A stretch of DNA of 64,000 nt from Psammoneis japonica (Eukaryota): positions 186,001 through 250,000 of the forward strand of contig QPGO01000084.1 in the NCBI GenBank assembly GCA_008632985.1. Reading direction: 5' to 3'. Shown here piece after piece: positions 12,547 to 27,201 of the stretch. The notes below the pieces were generated by a model. The model was not told the DNA's origin. It worked only from the letters and a program-made list of their open reading frames with translations, and ran no database searches. Within the stretch, counting starts at the first letter, position 1; each line of letters opens with the position of its first letter. The translations under genes were made by a program, and so were the position numbers.

Positions 12547-13249
12547 GATTGTGTTGCTGGGTGTGCAAAACACAGTGAGAGAGTGAGAGCTCAGCCGTAA
12601 GTTCAAACAGGACAGAGGAAACCAAAGCCTGAAACTTACCGCAAATCGAGCTACAAGAAATAGGCACGGTATTCAAGAGTGGGCAGTGGGCAGCAACAAC
12701 AACAAATGACAACGACGGTCTCTGCTGTGATGATTCTATGGACACCGGCACAATGAACATGGCATATGACGGCTGATTGCTGGTTGCTGGTTGCTCGTTG
12801 CTCGTTGATGCTATCTGCTCGCTATGCTCGTTGCTTTTAGAGCGAAGAAGTCTAATGACGCATGGACAGACCGTGTTGGAGGGAGCTTCTGAATTTTCGA
12901 ATTTTTTTGTACGAAAGCCTCCTCTACTGGAACTTCTCGGAGGCAGTGTTCGTTCGCCGTTCGCCGCGATCGCAGAACACATAGAACACGGTGCCACAAG
13001 AGAACAACACGCAGCGTTCCCCTCGCAGCTACGATACAATTGAAAATAAACAAACCAAGAAGTGGTCCCTTCTGTGGACTCGACTGACTGCTGTTGTCGG
13101 GACGTTGTCGGGACAAGCCTCGAGATTCTACAATTACGAGCACACCCGACACGATTGTGGCTCAACGTGCGTGCCAGTGCAAAAGAAGAACGGCAATCAT
13201 TCCATTTCTAATCGTTTTCAAATCACTTGTTACACGCATTCTACAATTG

Positions 13250-13440
13250 TCCCTTGGCACGAATGATCTCCTCATCATAAACAAGCGCTTCTTCTTGCCA
13301 ATGTGCCGACAGGGCGCAATCATGACCAAATCACCCAAGTTGGCCACCTCGTTTTCGTCGTGTGCCATGGATTTGCTCGTGTGTCGCTGAGGCTTTTGAA
13401 CTTTCGGAACGACCAATAAAAGCGCACTTTTTGTCAAAAG
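13250..13440 (-). pseudogene. Ribosomal protein uS17 (organellar type) fragment
   Basis: TSKSMAHDENEVANLGDLVMIAPC matches the uS17 AHDE...GDxV motif. No intact N-terminus. Confidence 0.55.
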
Positions 13441-15766
13441 GAGCTGATCACCCGTTGTTACGTGATAAGGATCCGGTCAGAGCACTCCCTAGTCTTCGCC
13501 GCACTGTCGAATCCACCCTGATGCTGAATTCTTTGTCAGTGGCTTCTTCCCCGAGGGACCGAGGATTACTATTTCTGCTCTTTTGTCGGTCATTTCCAAA
13601 GGTTGAGTGTTGCCGTTTTCTTTTCTTTACCGCTTGTTACCTCTCTCCATCTGAATTCTCACGAATCTCGTACTAGAACCATTTTAGCTTGAACGGTGCA
13701 TGTATGTAAAAGGCTAAAAAAAGGCGATCGAAAGTCATTTTGGTACCGGTATTAGGATTGCGCACATTAGCCACCGTCCGTTTGGCTCATATTAGTACTC
13801 CTTCGAGTTTGCACCGTCAGTGTCTTACAGTTGAATAGGCGACGACGAAGATTGTTTGACAGCTTTGATTCCGCTGCGGCGGCGATAATGACTCCTCGAG
13901 CTTCTTCGCCATTTAGCAGTCGCGCTATAGTGTGTGGAGTCAGTAGGTTTCCTTCAGGATGAGTTCAGGTCTCGTTCCCAAGAGTTGACGTGTAAAAAAT
14001 CGGAAAGCCAGTACGCAAGCTCCCTTGGGAAATATTGTATGGAGTCATCGTCCCAGTTCGAAGGGAAAGCTTGTCGCCAATAGAGGCGAAAGTTGCTACC
14101 GAAGAAAATATGTCGTTCGGTACAGCAGGCAAGCTTTCAGCTTCCATAAGGAAAAAGAAGATGTAGTAAACTTGGCTGTTCTTCGTAGAGTCACAGAGCC
14201 TTTGATTAACAACGCTTTTGATAGCGGCTGACGGCGACCTCAGAATAGCTGCAGTTCGCGTCGTCAAAAGTTCAGCATGGAGGTGAGTTCAAGATTTGCA
14301 GATGCGTAATGCAGTTTTTGCGTTGCTGTGACGATGAACAATATTTTGTGGACTACTTTTTGTCTCCGCAGAACAGTCAGCGATACGTCGCTCTGCATTG
14401 TCGAAATCACCCTTGGCTGTGCCAGAATCACTCTTTATCTCAATCATTACTTGTTGCTTTATTCAATACACTAATCGCCGAACCTTCGCTCTGCTCGATT
14501 ATTCGTCATAAGGGGTGTGGCATATCCAATCGATACCCGCGTCTGCAGACAATTTTTATCAGCAGGGACGTGACATACTTATAGAAGGGGGGTTCCTGTC
14601 TTCTATTTGTTTGGCTCCTTGGCGAAAAGACATAGACGCAATGATTGCAGCTGTGATGCATTTCGTTGGCGGCACGGTGTTTGAAGAAGTTGCGTGAGGC
14701 ACACGATGCGTCCACTTTCCAAGAGTATCTCTTGACGATTGCCTCTAGACAGGGTGTACACTACCGGTACAGAAGCTAACATGCTATTAGAACCAGAATA
14801 GATTATCTGCACTTGACCACACCTAAACTTCTCCTTTAATCCTATCAGCACACAAATCGTTTCCTCCCCGACAGCACTGACATGGAGAGTCGGACTTACA
14901 AATCTTCCTGTTTCCACTCTCTGCCCAAACATATCCGCATGAAGTAGCCCGAACTTCATGCCAAGGGATTTATCCCATCCAAATTGTGAGCGTCACCGCA
15001 TCAACAAGTATAGGAGAGCAACCACCATAGCGCCATTACGTCAAAGGGTGCGACTTTCATGCGTTTCAACGAAGAGTTATGAACTTGCTGAATTATACAG
15101 TAAAAGCAAGAGCGAAACCTAGGATGAATAGTCAAGGTGTGCGTTGGCATACAATATCACATCCAGCTGGCCGACCTTAACGATAAACAAGAGTGCGCAA
15201 CGGAAACAATGTGTGAGCGCCGTGTCTGCACTTTATGCGGCACAACAATGATGCCCGTATAGCAAACAACAGAACATGCATTACCCCATTTTAACAGTAC
15301 ATCGCCGCATATGAAAAGCAACAAAATGGGCTGCGACGCTTTGAAGACTCTGCCCGTTCTGTAGCGGATGGTTCAGACCCCGAATATAATGCATGGAAGA
15401 TTTTTAGTGGCCGAAAGCCGAAACGGCAAAGACAATGCCACGTAGTACCCCGTTCAGGTAGTTTTAGTCCATCTGGACCTTTGGTAGAGGAAAGGGGCAT
15501 GTTTGTTGTTCCACCACAGTGAATATATGGGTTCAAACTACGCCACGTTCCATCTCGAAAGATGTCTGCCCGACAGCATCACACGTGATATTTCCGGTTT
15601 CAGTGTCTTTTTGTCGAATAAACATGAGTAACTGTTATTACGCGTGGTCAAATCACGAGGCCAAGTCATCAGATCAACGACAATAGCATCCGCAGCACCC
15701 ATAAAGCTTGTATTGACAGCATGCTCGTAATGGGAGACGCCGTCAAAGTAACTGACGGGGGCTGCT

Positions 15767-15793
15767 GCAGCAGCAGCAGCAGCAGCAGCAGCA
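15767..15793 (+). repeat. (GCA/CAG)n microsatellite
   Basis: About 9 triplets seen directly. Confidence 0.9.
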
Positions 15794-17007
15794 CAAGCAG
15801 CTAACCCATGGCGATTGTGGAATCATACACAACACAGAAAGATCCCCAGATCTGGAGACTTGAATATTCTGTCGATTGGAAGCTGATCTCCACGTGATCG
15901 GGATGGTTCTGGAGCTCTTGCATACTCGAAACCAATGTATCAAGCGCACGAGTTCCTGGTAAGGTTATCATAGCTGGACAGAGAGCATGCCATGGAACAT
16001 GGAACTTATTCAACGAGCCACACGCAGGATGTAGGCTATCTGAGAAAATACAGACACAAACATCTCCGGCAAAATCCTCGCGATAGTAAAGCAAGGGTAT
16101 CAGGTGGTTTAGCCAAGAGAGAGATTCGGATCGTATGATACCGCAAGTGTTGAGCATTCGCTCATGGTGTGAAGTCTGAAATCAGCGATCGCAGATACTG
16201 ACTGTACTGTACAGTACACTGTACAGTAATCGATGATGTCTACGGTATATCATTCAATAGCCCCTTAAATATGAATGACTGTCTATGCGTGTCAACGGAA
16301 AGCACGACAAAGATTTATTGCCTCGTCACAAAGACTTTTGGCGAAGTAAGTCGTCAGGAGCAAAAGAGCAAACTAAAAAACGCCGCGGCCATGGCGCTGA
16401 AGATTGTAGCGGTGTTTCGAGTTTGGATTCGAGATGATTGCTTGGATCGAGCCCAGTGCCGTTTAAATTGTGTCAAAACCAACTTTGCACTTCGCGGACA
16501 CGATTGCCTGCACACGAAAATCTGAAAGATGCAATTTCCACGCACTTTTTTCGGCTCACAATCGCAGTTCCGGCAAAGAAAATAAAGCATCGCATCAACA
16601 ATGTCAACATGTTGTACACTTTAACCTTCTTGAGCGCATTGTTCCTCTTTGGTGCCCATGACCGAATCATGGACTCTGATCAGTTCAGCCCATTTGGCGC
16701 GGTTTGCTGGTTCCTCGTGTCTTTTTGAGGGAATTCAACGTCTGGTTCTTCGCGGTGGGATGTCTTATCTGTCTCTGTCAAGTCCTTTAGGAGCGAGCCT
16801 AGAAGCATCGTTACGACGAGGGTTGGACGGTGGATTCGACCTTTGAAGACAATGCGCCATTTCCGTTGTAAGTTCTCGATTGCTCTCGTGGTTTGTGCTG
16901 CCTGTTGCGACATCATTTGTTGCTAATGTCGCATTCCTCCTGTTCCTTTTCTTGCGTTCTGCTCTTCTCATGGCATTGATTGCGACAGCATTGCTTTTCT
17001 CGAGCCG

Positions 17008-17783
17008 GTGTCAGAAAAAGAAAATGTCAACCTTTGGCTTCCCAAGCCAAGCCCTCTGAAGCATCGGTTCAGCCCTGCTCACGGTGTTGGTTGCAATGGC
17101 AGCACCATTCGCGAGCCAGTTCCAATGTACAACCCCCCACCGACGGTCGAAATGGAATCAGAAAAAGAATCCATCAAAGCTTCGCCTCCCAAACCGAGCG
17201 CTCCAAAGTGCCAGTTCAGCTCTACTCACGGTGTTGGTTGCAACAGCAGCGACTCTCGCGAGCCGGTTCCAACATGTACAAGGACTCTCCACTGTCGTTC
17301 AAATCGAGGACAAACAAACTCGACAACATCAAAGTTTCCCCGATCGAAGTTCCACCCCACACGCCAATCCCTATGAAGTTCCGGTTCAGCCCTGTTAACG
17401 GTGCTGGCAGCAATGGTGGCGCCTTTCACGAGCCCGTTCCAATGAACAACTCCCCACCGTCGGTCGCATCGGAAGCAGAAAAAGACAAGGTGCCCCAGCC
17501 AAAGTTACAGTCGGCAGCATCTGCAGGAGACGTGGAGCCTTTTGAGGTGCCCAAGCCAAAGTTACATTCGGCAGTATCTGAAGTAGACACGGAGCCGTGT
17601 AATCCGAAGGAAGAAGAAGACACTGTGGAGGAAGCTTGTTTCGAGGCGAAGTTGTATTCGGTGGCATCTGAAGGAGACACGGAGCTTTTGAATCCAAAGT
17701 GTAAGGAAAACCCTGTCATGGAGACTTGTTCCGAGGTGCCCTGGCCAAAATTACATTCAGTGGGGGACAAGGTGACGTTCTAG
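17008..17783 (+). pseudogene. Low-complexity repeat protein with one frameshift
   Basis: Three FSxxxGxGxN...EPVP repeats and four KLxS-type repeats, with a frame change near 17273. Confidence 0.5.
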
Positions 17784-18189
17784 TATTTATTTGAACTGAT
17801 GAATTTGTTTAAAGTACACACGAGAGCTTTATAGTTCAAAGCAAACAGCTAAGTTGTAGCTACACTTGTATTCTCAAATAGCGTTGTTCTCTTGAAGTAT
17901 CGATTGGTGGGTTGCTTCTCTAGCTTCTGTCGCCCGGATTTCTTCTTCTGAGAGATTCTCTCTGTGTCTTGATGCGCAATAATGGTTCTGGCGGAGGCGG
18001 AGGTAATGGCTTCTCTATGCTATCTGTGCTGGTTTGTGCAGTCGGAGTTGAAGTAGTTTCCGACTTGGAAATGAATTGTGCAAAAGTACTTGGACGATTT
18101 AGTACTGAACAAAGACTAGCAGCAAGCAACAAGAAATGAGCACATGCGTCCGTTCAACAAAAGTATCGAATATACAAATAATGACACGT

Positions 18190-18745
18190 ACCCTTCGCCA
18201 AGCATATTGTCTGGAATGGGTCCAATCATTTCACCAAGTCGCCTCAGCTGATCGTGCTCATGAGCACCAGGTAGTATAGACAATCCAAAGAACAATTCTG
18301 CCGCCACGCGTCAAAAGTACCACATGTCAATAGCGGAATCGCACGGTATCCCTAGAGTAGAAGAAAAACCGGGCTGCGGTAAAACCGAGATTGAACATAG
18401 GTATGAGCCGTGTGTCCTCCAAAGCAAGCCAAACCGAAATCAATTAACTTGACATTGTTCAAACCAGATTCCTTCTCGGTCAGCGAGACATTCTCAGGCT
18501 TCAGATCACAATTAACAATCGATTGCTAACACAATTCCTTCGCGCCGTCCTTTGCTTGCACGAGCAGCTACCGAACCTTTGTCAACGGTAACCCTCGGCA
18601 CTGCTGCTGTTTCAAAACCTCGTAATAATTCATCACCAACAGTTCAAACACCAAGCAAAGACGATTCTGATGCGTACTGCATGACTGCAGGTGCACCATC
18701 TTGCGCTCATTTGCTTCACCACTTTCAGGGCCACAAAGACTACCA
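18190..18745 (-). pseudogene. YAK1/DYRK-family protein kinase remnant
   Basis: VALKVVK, CDLKPEN, VKLIDFG, TYVQSRFYRSP, SAIDMW and AELFFGLSILPG, with stops and frameshifts. Confidence 0.8.
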
Positions 18746-21700
18746 AGAGAAACAGAGAGTGAGTTGAGCTACGAAATTGCAAGTAGTACGGCCCTTCAAA
18801 GTCAAAAACATACCGTTCCACCGCCGTGACAAGTCCCTTGCTCATGTTGTCAGCATCGTTTTTGTGCATCAACGAGTAATCCGGAGCCACACACTAATTT
18901 ATGACTACTAAACCAGAAACGACAATGAATTCCACGGCAACATTTCAAATTCTACAGTATCAACATTTTCAATTCCAAACTCCAATTACATACCGTTTGT
19001 CCCGCATTGAAAGTTTTGCCACAAATAATGTGTTCCGCGACAAATCTCAAGTCGGGCGACGGTTCATCCACGTAGGTTGTTTTCCAACCAGTCCAGAATG
19101 ACGGGCGTAAGCGTCTTGGTGGTAGCCAAGACTACAACCTGAAAGAGAGAGAGAAAGAAGTAGTTAGCAAGAATAATACGCTATAATTCCGCCACTTTCA
19201 CACATATCATACATCATGCTTACCCATCCAACACGTTCCGATCGGGTAAACAAAATGGTTCCCCATTCCTATTCCAAGAGTGCCACATCTCTGTTTCTTC
19301 CACGCCGCCTTGAACAACAATTTAAAAAAACAAGAGTAGGGAAAATAGGAAGTGTCAGAAAAACAAGCTCTTACACGAGACATACATAATACATACAAAT
19401 AAGTCTCTACTTATACACACACCTTGCAAGACTCCCGGATCAAAATAATGTGTCAGCATATAATTTTTGCAGGAGCGGCAAGAGCGTCCGACCGTACTGC
19501 GTCAGCGCCGCGGCACTCCACAGCTGGGCATCCATTAAAGTATCCCACCCATTGCTGGTACCACGAACGTGCACCATAGCATAGCCGAGATCGTCTTCAA
19601 GAAAGGTAATTAGTTTGTGCGTGACGGCCTATTCAGCTCCTTACAAGACTTCATCACGAAACTCATCCACTTCGATCGACCGCCTCGGGGTCATCTCCAA
19701 ACCAAACGAATTGAGCCAAAGTTGCGTAATGTCGGGATCGACGTAAGCGAGCGCAACCAGAAAGGTATCATCCGCAAGCGCCGTTTGATAAAGAGACGGG
19801 CACTGTCTCTTTGCTTTCACTGGAACTCACTCCAATGGCAGCCAAAAAAATGACCGTCCTCGACGTTGCCGATTGCAAGTCTTCATCCAAAATATTTATG
19901 GTCCCCAATTCCATCAACACGGCCACAACAAGGCGTGCAGTCATTTCACTTCTCGAATCTGGAAACGGATTTTACCCTCTCTTGTTGCACCATGTGCGCC
20001 GCGCTGCTTTGTAAAACGTTGAACCTACTCATCGTCAATTTCAAATTTTCTTGGAAGCAAATTCAAGAATTTCAAAATCACATGTGGACGAGAGACATGC
20101 CACGTGGAAGCAAAAAACTTTCTTCTGTATTTCGCACCCAAACAAACCGCCAAGCGAACTCACAAGGATACTGACGTGCAACGAAAAAAAGATCTGGGAT
20201 CGGTCCGGCCGCACTCACCGCCCGCGCTCACTCGTCACATTGCATTACCCCACTGTTCTTCCTACTTCTAATTTGTTCACGTTCAATCCTTTCCCCGGCG
20301 TGATCCGCTGTGCAAAGATGAATTTGAACAAGGTGCGGAAGGTCCGAACCTGACCGAGATTATCAGGTGCTTTGATGAGCCAGACCACAGTGCAGACACA
20401 TGTGAGTCGAGTGGAAGACCGACGGTAGCTTCATACTTGATACATTCAATGCTCTGGCGCACGACGACCAGCTTGACTTGATTTTATGCTTATTTCCAGC
20501 TGTCTTACAGTCTTAAGGTCGCCACCATTGAATCACTCATCGAGTTTCTTGAGTAAAATTTCGACATGTGTTTTACAATGCTTCACGGGCGCTTGAGGCA
20601 CAACGAAATTTGGTTCAGCAGCCACAACAACAGGACGCTATTGGGGATCGACACAAGATGTAAATGGAAATTGCCGATACATTTACGAAGCGTTGGCCAT
20701 TCGAATCGACATGCTTGGAGAAACGTCGCATCCATAGGTTGTACACGCACGATAGCTCCATGACATGGTGCAATCGTCCCTCCGTAAGTTGAAACGACGG
20801 CTTTCCAAGGCACAAAAGAGCAGGCGGGCTTTGCAGACTAATGCTGCTCAGTCAATCTAGTAGGTGACGAGGTACAGTAATGTCGTAGGTTGTTGGACGT
20901 TGGACGATCAGCAGCGCGTCGCAATGCGGATGCAAGACGGACTCCTCATCCGGGGACCGCGACTGGGACCGTTATACCGCGGTTTCTCTACTTTCTTTTG
21001 TCTATACTCTCTATAAGCCAGAGAGAGCTAGTTGTATTGTAGTCATCTACGGCAGCGCTCGAGAAAAAAGTAATGAAAGGCATAGTGCAGTATCATAGTT
21101 GCCAACATGGTTTGCAAGATCACGCTTGCAGGAGGGAAAACGGGTTTATGAGCGCCATTCCATGCTTGCCACTAGTCTAGGGCCCTACGTGCAAATGAAG
21201 TGAGTTGAGAGCCTAAAGCATGCTCGATGCTGGAAAACGCATCACCGAGACTACTACTTGTTTTTGACCCGTAACTAATATCATATCTTTACATGGTTCT
21301 CCCTCTAGAAAGACTTGTCCCAGTAGTCGCCTCTGGTGCTCTCCACGATTGACACTCCTACTTCCCAGTTCGGGTTTGAGAAAGAACTTATCAGGCGTCA
21401 CAAAATGGACGAGCTTTATTTCAAAGTCATTCCGTACCGTATTGCTTGACTTGCTCCAGAGCTCGCTGAATGGCGCTAGGGATACAGCTGTTTCTTTTTT
21501 TCCAAAAGACTTCTCCGCCAACCAATGTTATCAAAATGGGCGGTCGTGAGAGACCTCTCTGGTCCGCCTCAATAATCTTGATGAGGCCGAAAAGCACCGT
21601 TGCTTGACAGGCTGCATCTAACACGACAAGAGCCATCGTTGCCCACTGAGTGGCTCGGTTCTCAAAAGATTCAATGTCGGTGACTGCCGTATCTTCTTGA

Positions 21701-22365
21701 ACACCAATTCGCACTAGGGCTTGATCGACTCGTCTGCAAGAGCAGTGTCTTCGCCCGTCAGAGCTTGATTCTTCACGGGGCTCAATCATTCTTGGCTCGA
21801 TTCAATGTACGGTACTGTAACCATTCTTGACCATGCAGGAACATGGAAACTGGAAACTCCAAGAGAATTGTGCTTGTGGAGTTGTCACCTTGACTGATAG
21901 TATGATAAGAGCGCGCTTTTCGCTTCCGATGATGATACTTGATTCGCATGACCAACGCAACGGGCTTGGATTCGAGAGCGCGAAGTAGAAATCTACGAAA
22001 GTTTTGTACTCTAGCGAATCGGAAATCGGCTTTTTTCTCGCGCAATCTTGGGAATACTCGTGTGAAGCGGCACTTTTTACGGTACACAAAAACCAAGACA
22101 AAAACGGCGCATGCATCACGATGGCGTGTGAGACGTACTCCTAGTGCTATACCACTCCGTAACTATAAAGATTTGGCTCATAATATGCTGTGAACTTGTT
22201 CTATACACTATGAAGCAATTTAGCATTACATATTTCTACGCCTTGCCCATGCCGATAACAGGAAGTCATAATCTAACATTGTCTCCTTCAACGTGGTGCA
22301 TGACTGGTGTATCTCTTCCTTGTACCTGTTCATACAACTCTGCTCTCAATTCAAACAATACGTAC

Positions 22366-23960
22366 CTGTCGATTGACTAGCATCACGTCTCCGTTTCGTA
22401 ATTGCCGTCCAACCGGGCGGTCCACCAGCCTTGCTTTCCGACAAGATGATTCGTGCAGCAACGGCTTGACGCTTGAAGGCATCCATTCAACCCATCTCGA
22501 CTCGTCGTCTATTCGGAAATTCCACCCACGACGCACCGGGATATATCTCCTAGCCCCGTTCCACCAGTTTACGCATTTCATCACTATTTCGTCCCGTCAC
22601 GGGCGTTAGATAGGTCAAGGTGTTTGCAGAATGCAAGGGTATTCCAATCTCATTGGTACCCACGTACGGGTCGGGAGAAATGACAGATCGACAAGCAAAG
22701 CAAACGCGCTCGCCCATCATGTGTTTGCAAGAAATACCCTCCTCTTTCTCTAGAACTTGTCGAATCCCCGACGGAGCGTTCCCCGCCACACCGGCGGCAC
22801 TGGGATCCTTGCTGCTGTCTATGTGGCGATTGACAATGGTCTGCAATTCAATCCACGTTGTAATGGTCATGTTTTGTGCTTTTGTATCTTGTTCTCTCTC
22901 TCTGTCATTGGCAAGCAACATTTTATTGAGACAATGACTTTGGGCGTGTTCCACCGCCATGATGCCAATAGCACCATGGGTGGACGAAACCGAGAGTGTG
23001 GAACGGGAATGGCACGTAAAAGTAAAAGGTACGTCTTGTATCCTTCCGTATCACCACCAAAGAGATAGTGACAAAGCTGCGATTCAAGCAACCATGTGCG
23101 CTTGACTTGTGCTTCCACCTCGACGAGCGCGTGCATGAATTTATCATTCTGCGTGGTAGTGTCGTCGTTATCCTCATCTTGTTGTTGCAGTGCGGCATCG
23201 CCATCGACTTCCATATCGTCGTCGTGATTGTCTCGAGTATCATCCGACTCATAATTTACCTCAGCACTTCGAATTATAATACCCTCGGCGGCTTGATGCG
23301 TGCATTGGCCTCCACCAGCGGTGCTTGAAAAAACTTGTTGGAGGCATCCTGACGAATGGGTGCAGAAAAGGCACCACAGGATTCACACTTTGCGTTCTTT
23401 CCGACACGAACTCAAGACGTGCTTGGCGGTTGTTTTTGTATTAGAAGAAGAAGTATCTTTTATTTGTCTCGCAAGAATTGATTGACTGTGGCGGCCATGT
23501 GCAATTCGGATACCGGTTTCATGGATTCCCGTCTACACGTTGACTTCGTGCGGCATGCAAGGCTTGCGTTAGTTCCGATTCTAATTCTTGTGCTTCCTTT
23601 ATTTGTCCTTGTCCCAATAATACGACTTGTGTCTTGGTTGTCTCCACTTGTGGTTGCGACCAACGAAAGACGATGACAGTTGAAACACTTGCACCTCAGT
23701 AATTCCCGCAGCGGATGATAGGTCGGAACGCACAACTCGACATGACCGGCGTGTCCGAGACAGTCATGAAAGGTGCAACCGCACGTGACACAGGGTGGGA
23801 AACGCGTGTCGGTGGGTCCCATACGAGCATCGTACAATCCGAAGGGAAGAGGCGTTCTCAGTTCTCATGGCATCCAGCATCCAGCGATTGAGGAGACGTG
23901 ACTTCGCATACAGTACCGAACGAGTCCGGACATCAGCGTCTGTGTAAAAGCTGTACCATA
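22366..23960 (-). pseudogene. RPA1: RNA polymerase I largest subunit, N-terminal fragment
   Basis: YDARMGP, CVTC...CLGHAGHVEL, IPVPHSRFRP, GIRQVLEKEEG...MMGERV...RSVISPDP, NEIGIP and GDVMLVNRQ. Frameshifted, and truncated at a GTACGT donor. Confidence 0.85.
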
Positions 23961-24434
23961 TGTATATGAATAACGATAAGACGATTTGTTTTGGGATAGG
24001 TGGGTGAGTGATTGGTAATTTTAAAGTATGTTTGAGAGAATACGAATTGACTATAAAGCATACGGTACATTCTTTCCGTCGCTTTCAACTTCATAAAAAA
24101 ACTCACTCAAATTCAACACTCTGGACCGCTGTCGTCGAACAATGCGGATCTGCTTGAATCCGTCAGCAGTAGTAGTGAGCGATATCAGCAACCAGCAACA
24201 CACAACGATCGGTACAGGTATTCATAGCACCATCGCGGCAGTTCTGTTTGTTGGGAGTTGGGACGATGCGTGAGATCGCTCGAGCGATGCGGGGCGTGCA
24301 TGAATGGGTGATGAGCTCATCATCTGTCATTCTTGCGTGTATCATAGACGACGTAGGGCCCTACAGTGTAGTACGACACTCCGGAGCTCTCTACTCTACC
24401 GGTATCCCATGTACTGTCCTACATAGAGAGAGTA

Positions 24435-27201
24435 CTTCCTCCGGTAAGCGATAATTGTCCACGACGAAATACCGTCTTATTTTTTGGGCCGTACATCATG
24501 GTCCTGCTTCTACGCAAATTGGCTCGGAGGGAGTTCATCCACGACCCACGACCCGACATCATCAAAACACATGGAACCGCTGCCGACGATGAGACATGTC
24601 GCTCGTGCCGTCAACTACAACTTCGTATAACGACACACCTACACCATGGACCCTCCTGCACTGCATCCAAGTGTCCAATCAATTGGTGCAGGTGGCGCTG
24701 GAACACCGCACGGGACGACCCGACAGTGAAGGCGGAATCGGCTTCGTCACGGAATTCAACGCTGCCAATGGCCGAGCGCATGTGCGGTATACAATCAACA
24801 ACAGTCTTAGTTTTGATATTGTTCCAGGGAGACTCACCCCGGCGTCATTGGCTGTAAGTGCTCGTCGGAGATCACCGAATGAAACTCGACGGCCATCGAT
24901 ATTGACGATAGAACACAACGAACAAGCTCGACTCCGCGGCGTCAATGGTGGAAACGCGAGAGCGACGGAAACACAACAAAGACCTAAAGGTATTGCTGGT
25001 GCTCTTCTAAAAGCGAAAGATTGGTTGATGAGCGGTGGTAGGAGGAAGCATCCAGTGGTGGAGCACCTTAGACAAGGTCGATCGAAGGAGAAAGGGTGGA
25101 TGCGCCAGGCGGAGGCTACAATTGCCGGTCGTCCGGTCCCAAAACCGAAATCTCATTTGTTGACACCGGAGAGAAGGCTACTGTGCGATATTCAAAACGT
25201 TACAAATGCATTGACTCCATCTAAGATCCATACAGGGGCGAATCCGCTAGCTGATCATGCGCATGCTTGGGGTGTAACGAAAAAGACGATTGGCAGGACA
25301 CACAAACGCGTTCTTGAGCAAAACAACAACGTATCGAGGAAGAAGCGGCATGACACTGGTGTGGCAGTATTCAATTCCGATGAAAAGCGGGAGCAGGTGT
25401 TTACTCCATATGAATACTTCAAGCGGCATCAAAGAATCTCGAATCCCGGGGAACGGTTTGACGATGACGAGTTGAAACAATCGTTCGCGTCGCTTACTGC
25501 AGAGAACCGTGTACCGTTTGTCCAAGGAGCCGAAACATTGAAACAACAAAGTGTATTCTTGATGGGCGAGGTTGGGAGAATCTTGAGGAAAACCAATGGA
25601 CGGATAACCTGGAGAAAGCTTTCCTCGTTGGTCGCGGGAGGAAACACGAATGTGAAACCCGTGACTCATGTGACGTTGATGCATTTTGTTATGTCGCTAC
25701 CGGATTCATCATACACCAGTACTCGGATCCTTCCTATGCTCACTGCTACTTGTGTTCTGCAACGCAAGAATTGGTCAATTGCATGGCATATCTTTTGGCG
25801 CGGGGCCAAGATGGTGGCGTCACTGGTGCAAGTTCTGATTGTGCATATGGACGAAAAGTGGTTCTACTCGTTGGTGGTTCGTCATTTCAACAAAAACGTT
25901 CCATTCCTTGGCTGTGTACCGGAGGCTCATGCTGTACACCACAAAAATCACATTGATAAGGTCTTGGGACTTGTGACAGTAGCGTTTGCTCCTATCGAAA
26001 ACGATTTTCAGAGAGGGGGCCGCGCGTACAAGGTCGATTGTGCTCGTGCCGGTGGAAAGGTAAAGGCGAAGAAGGATTCGTATCGCCGTGTATATAGAGC
26101 TGACGGAACATTCCATTATCCAAAGCTCCCGGAGAACTTGTTGCGTCGCAAAGGCGAGGAGTACTTTCAGAATTGGGAGGTTACTGGATCGAATTCGGGG
26201 ACGGAACGAAGTCCGAAGTTCTCTCTGTGGGATTACATGCGCAACATTCTGTTGGGAAAGTTGGAAGCAGTTGCTCAGAGGGTAGAAAACGATACGGGAA
26301 AACGAGTACATCTTCGGTACCAGTGGGATAACGCAACACCGCATATTGATTCGGTTCTCGTGGCCGGCATTGGTCGTGAATTTTCTCAACGCGGTTGGGA
26401 GCTTGTACCGCAACCGCCAAACTCCCCACTCACCAACGTTGAGGATGCGCATTTCTTTCCAGCAATGGCTAAGAGGGTCACTGAAGACCAAGGCCTTGAA
26501 AATGGCGGTCGACATTTGCAGGGGGAGCAACTGTGGGCATCCGTTCGTCGCGTTTATGATCGCCATCCCGAGGGAACAATCGCCCGGTCGTTTGTGCACC
26601 ACAGTCAAGTGGTGAACGCCATTTTTCAGTGTGAGGGGAGGGATGATTTTGTAAGGATTCGCGATCGCTTCACTGTGGAATTCGGAATTTTTTCAGTATG
26701 TTTACGACTCAGAAGAGACGCAAAATCCCACCGGAGTGGAGGTGATTGAGCACCTTGATCCAGTGGAACAGAATCTGCGGTACCCGACGCCGGATGTCAT
26801 TGGGGATGGTTACAATGAGAACGAGCTTTCAATGTTGGTGAATAATATGGACTACTCATGTGAGGATGCTGAAGTGTATCTCATGGCGGAGCTAGAACAG
26901 AATCAGGAGCTATTCGATGCCGAGGCGCACCTTGAGTAGCGCTGTTTTGGAAGGTGCTAACTCTAGAGAATTGATAGCATGCACTTAGAATCGGTACTAG
27001 AGTATCTATATTATCCTACTAGTGTATCAAATTGGTATTTTATACCGTAGTCGGGCCAAAAGAAGCGATTCAATAGCTCAGTCTCTAGTAGAGAGAAAGT
27101 TTTAGCGGTCGCACGAAAGGTGGCGCGTGAACAAAAAATATGTAGAAGCAGTACCACAATGTACGGCCCAAAAAGAATAACACGGTATTTCGTCGTGGAA
27201 G
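24435..27201 (+). mobile_element. Tc1/Mariner-superfamily DNA transposon (plant-mariner-like)
   Basis: TA flanks at 24433-34 and 27202-03. Left end is CTTCCTCCG, and imperfect inverted repeats lie at 24458-24513 and 27142-27201. Contains a transposase ORF. Confidence 0.85.
24596..26939 (+). CDS. Mariner-like transposase, C-terminus frameshifted
   Basis: VHMDEKWFY, QWDNATPH and QPPNSPLTNVED, with 38 residues between the second and third Asp. The 717-aa ORF ends at 26749 and the C-terminal tail continues in other frames. Confidence 0.85.
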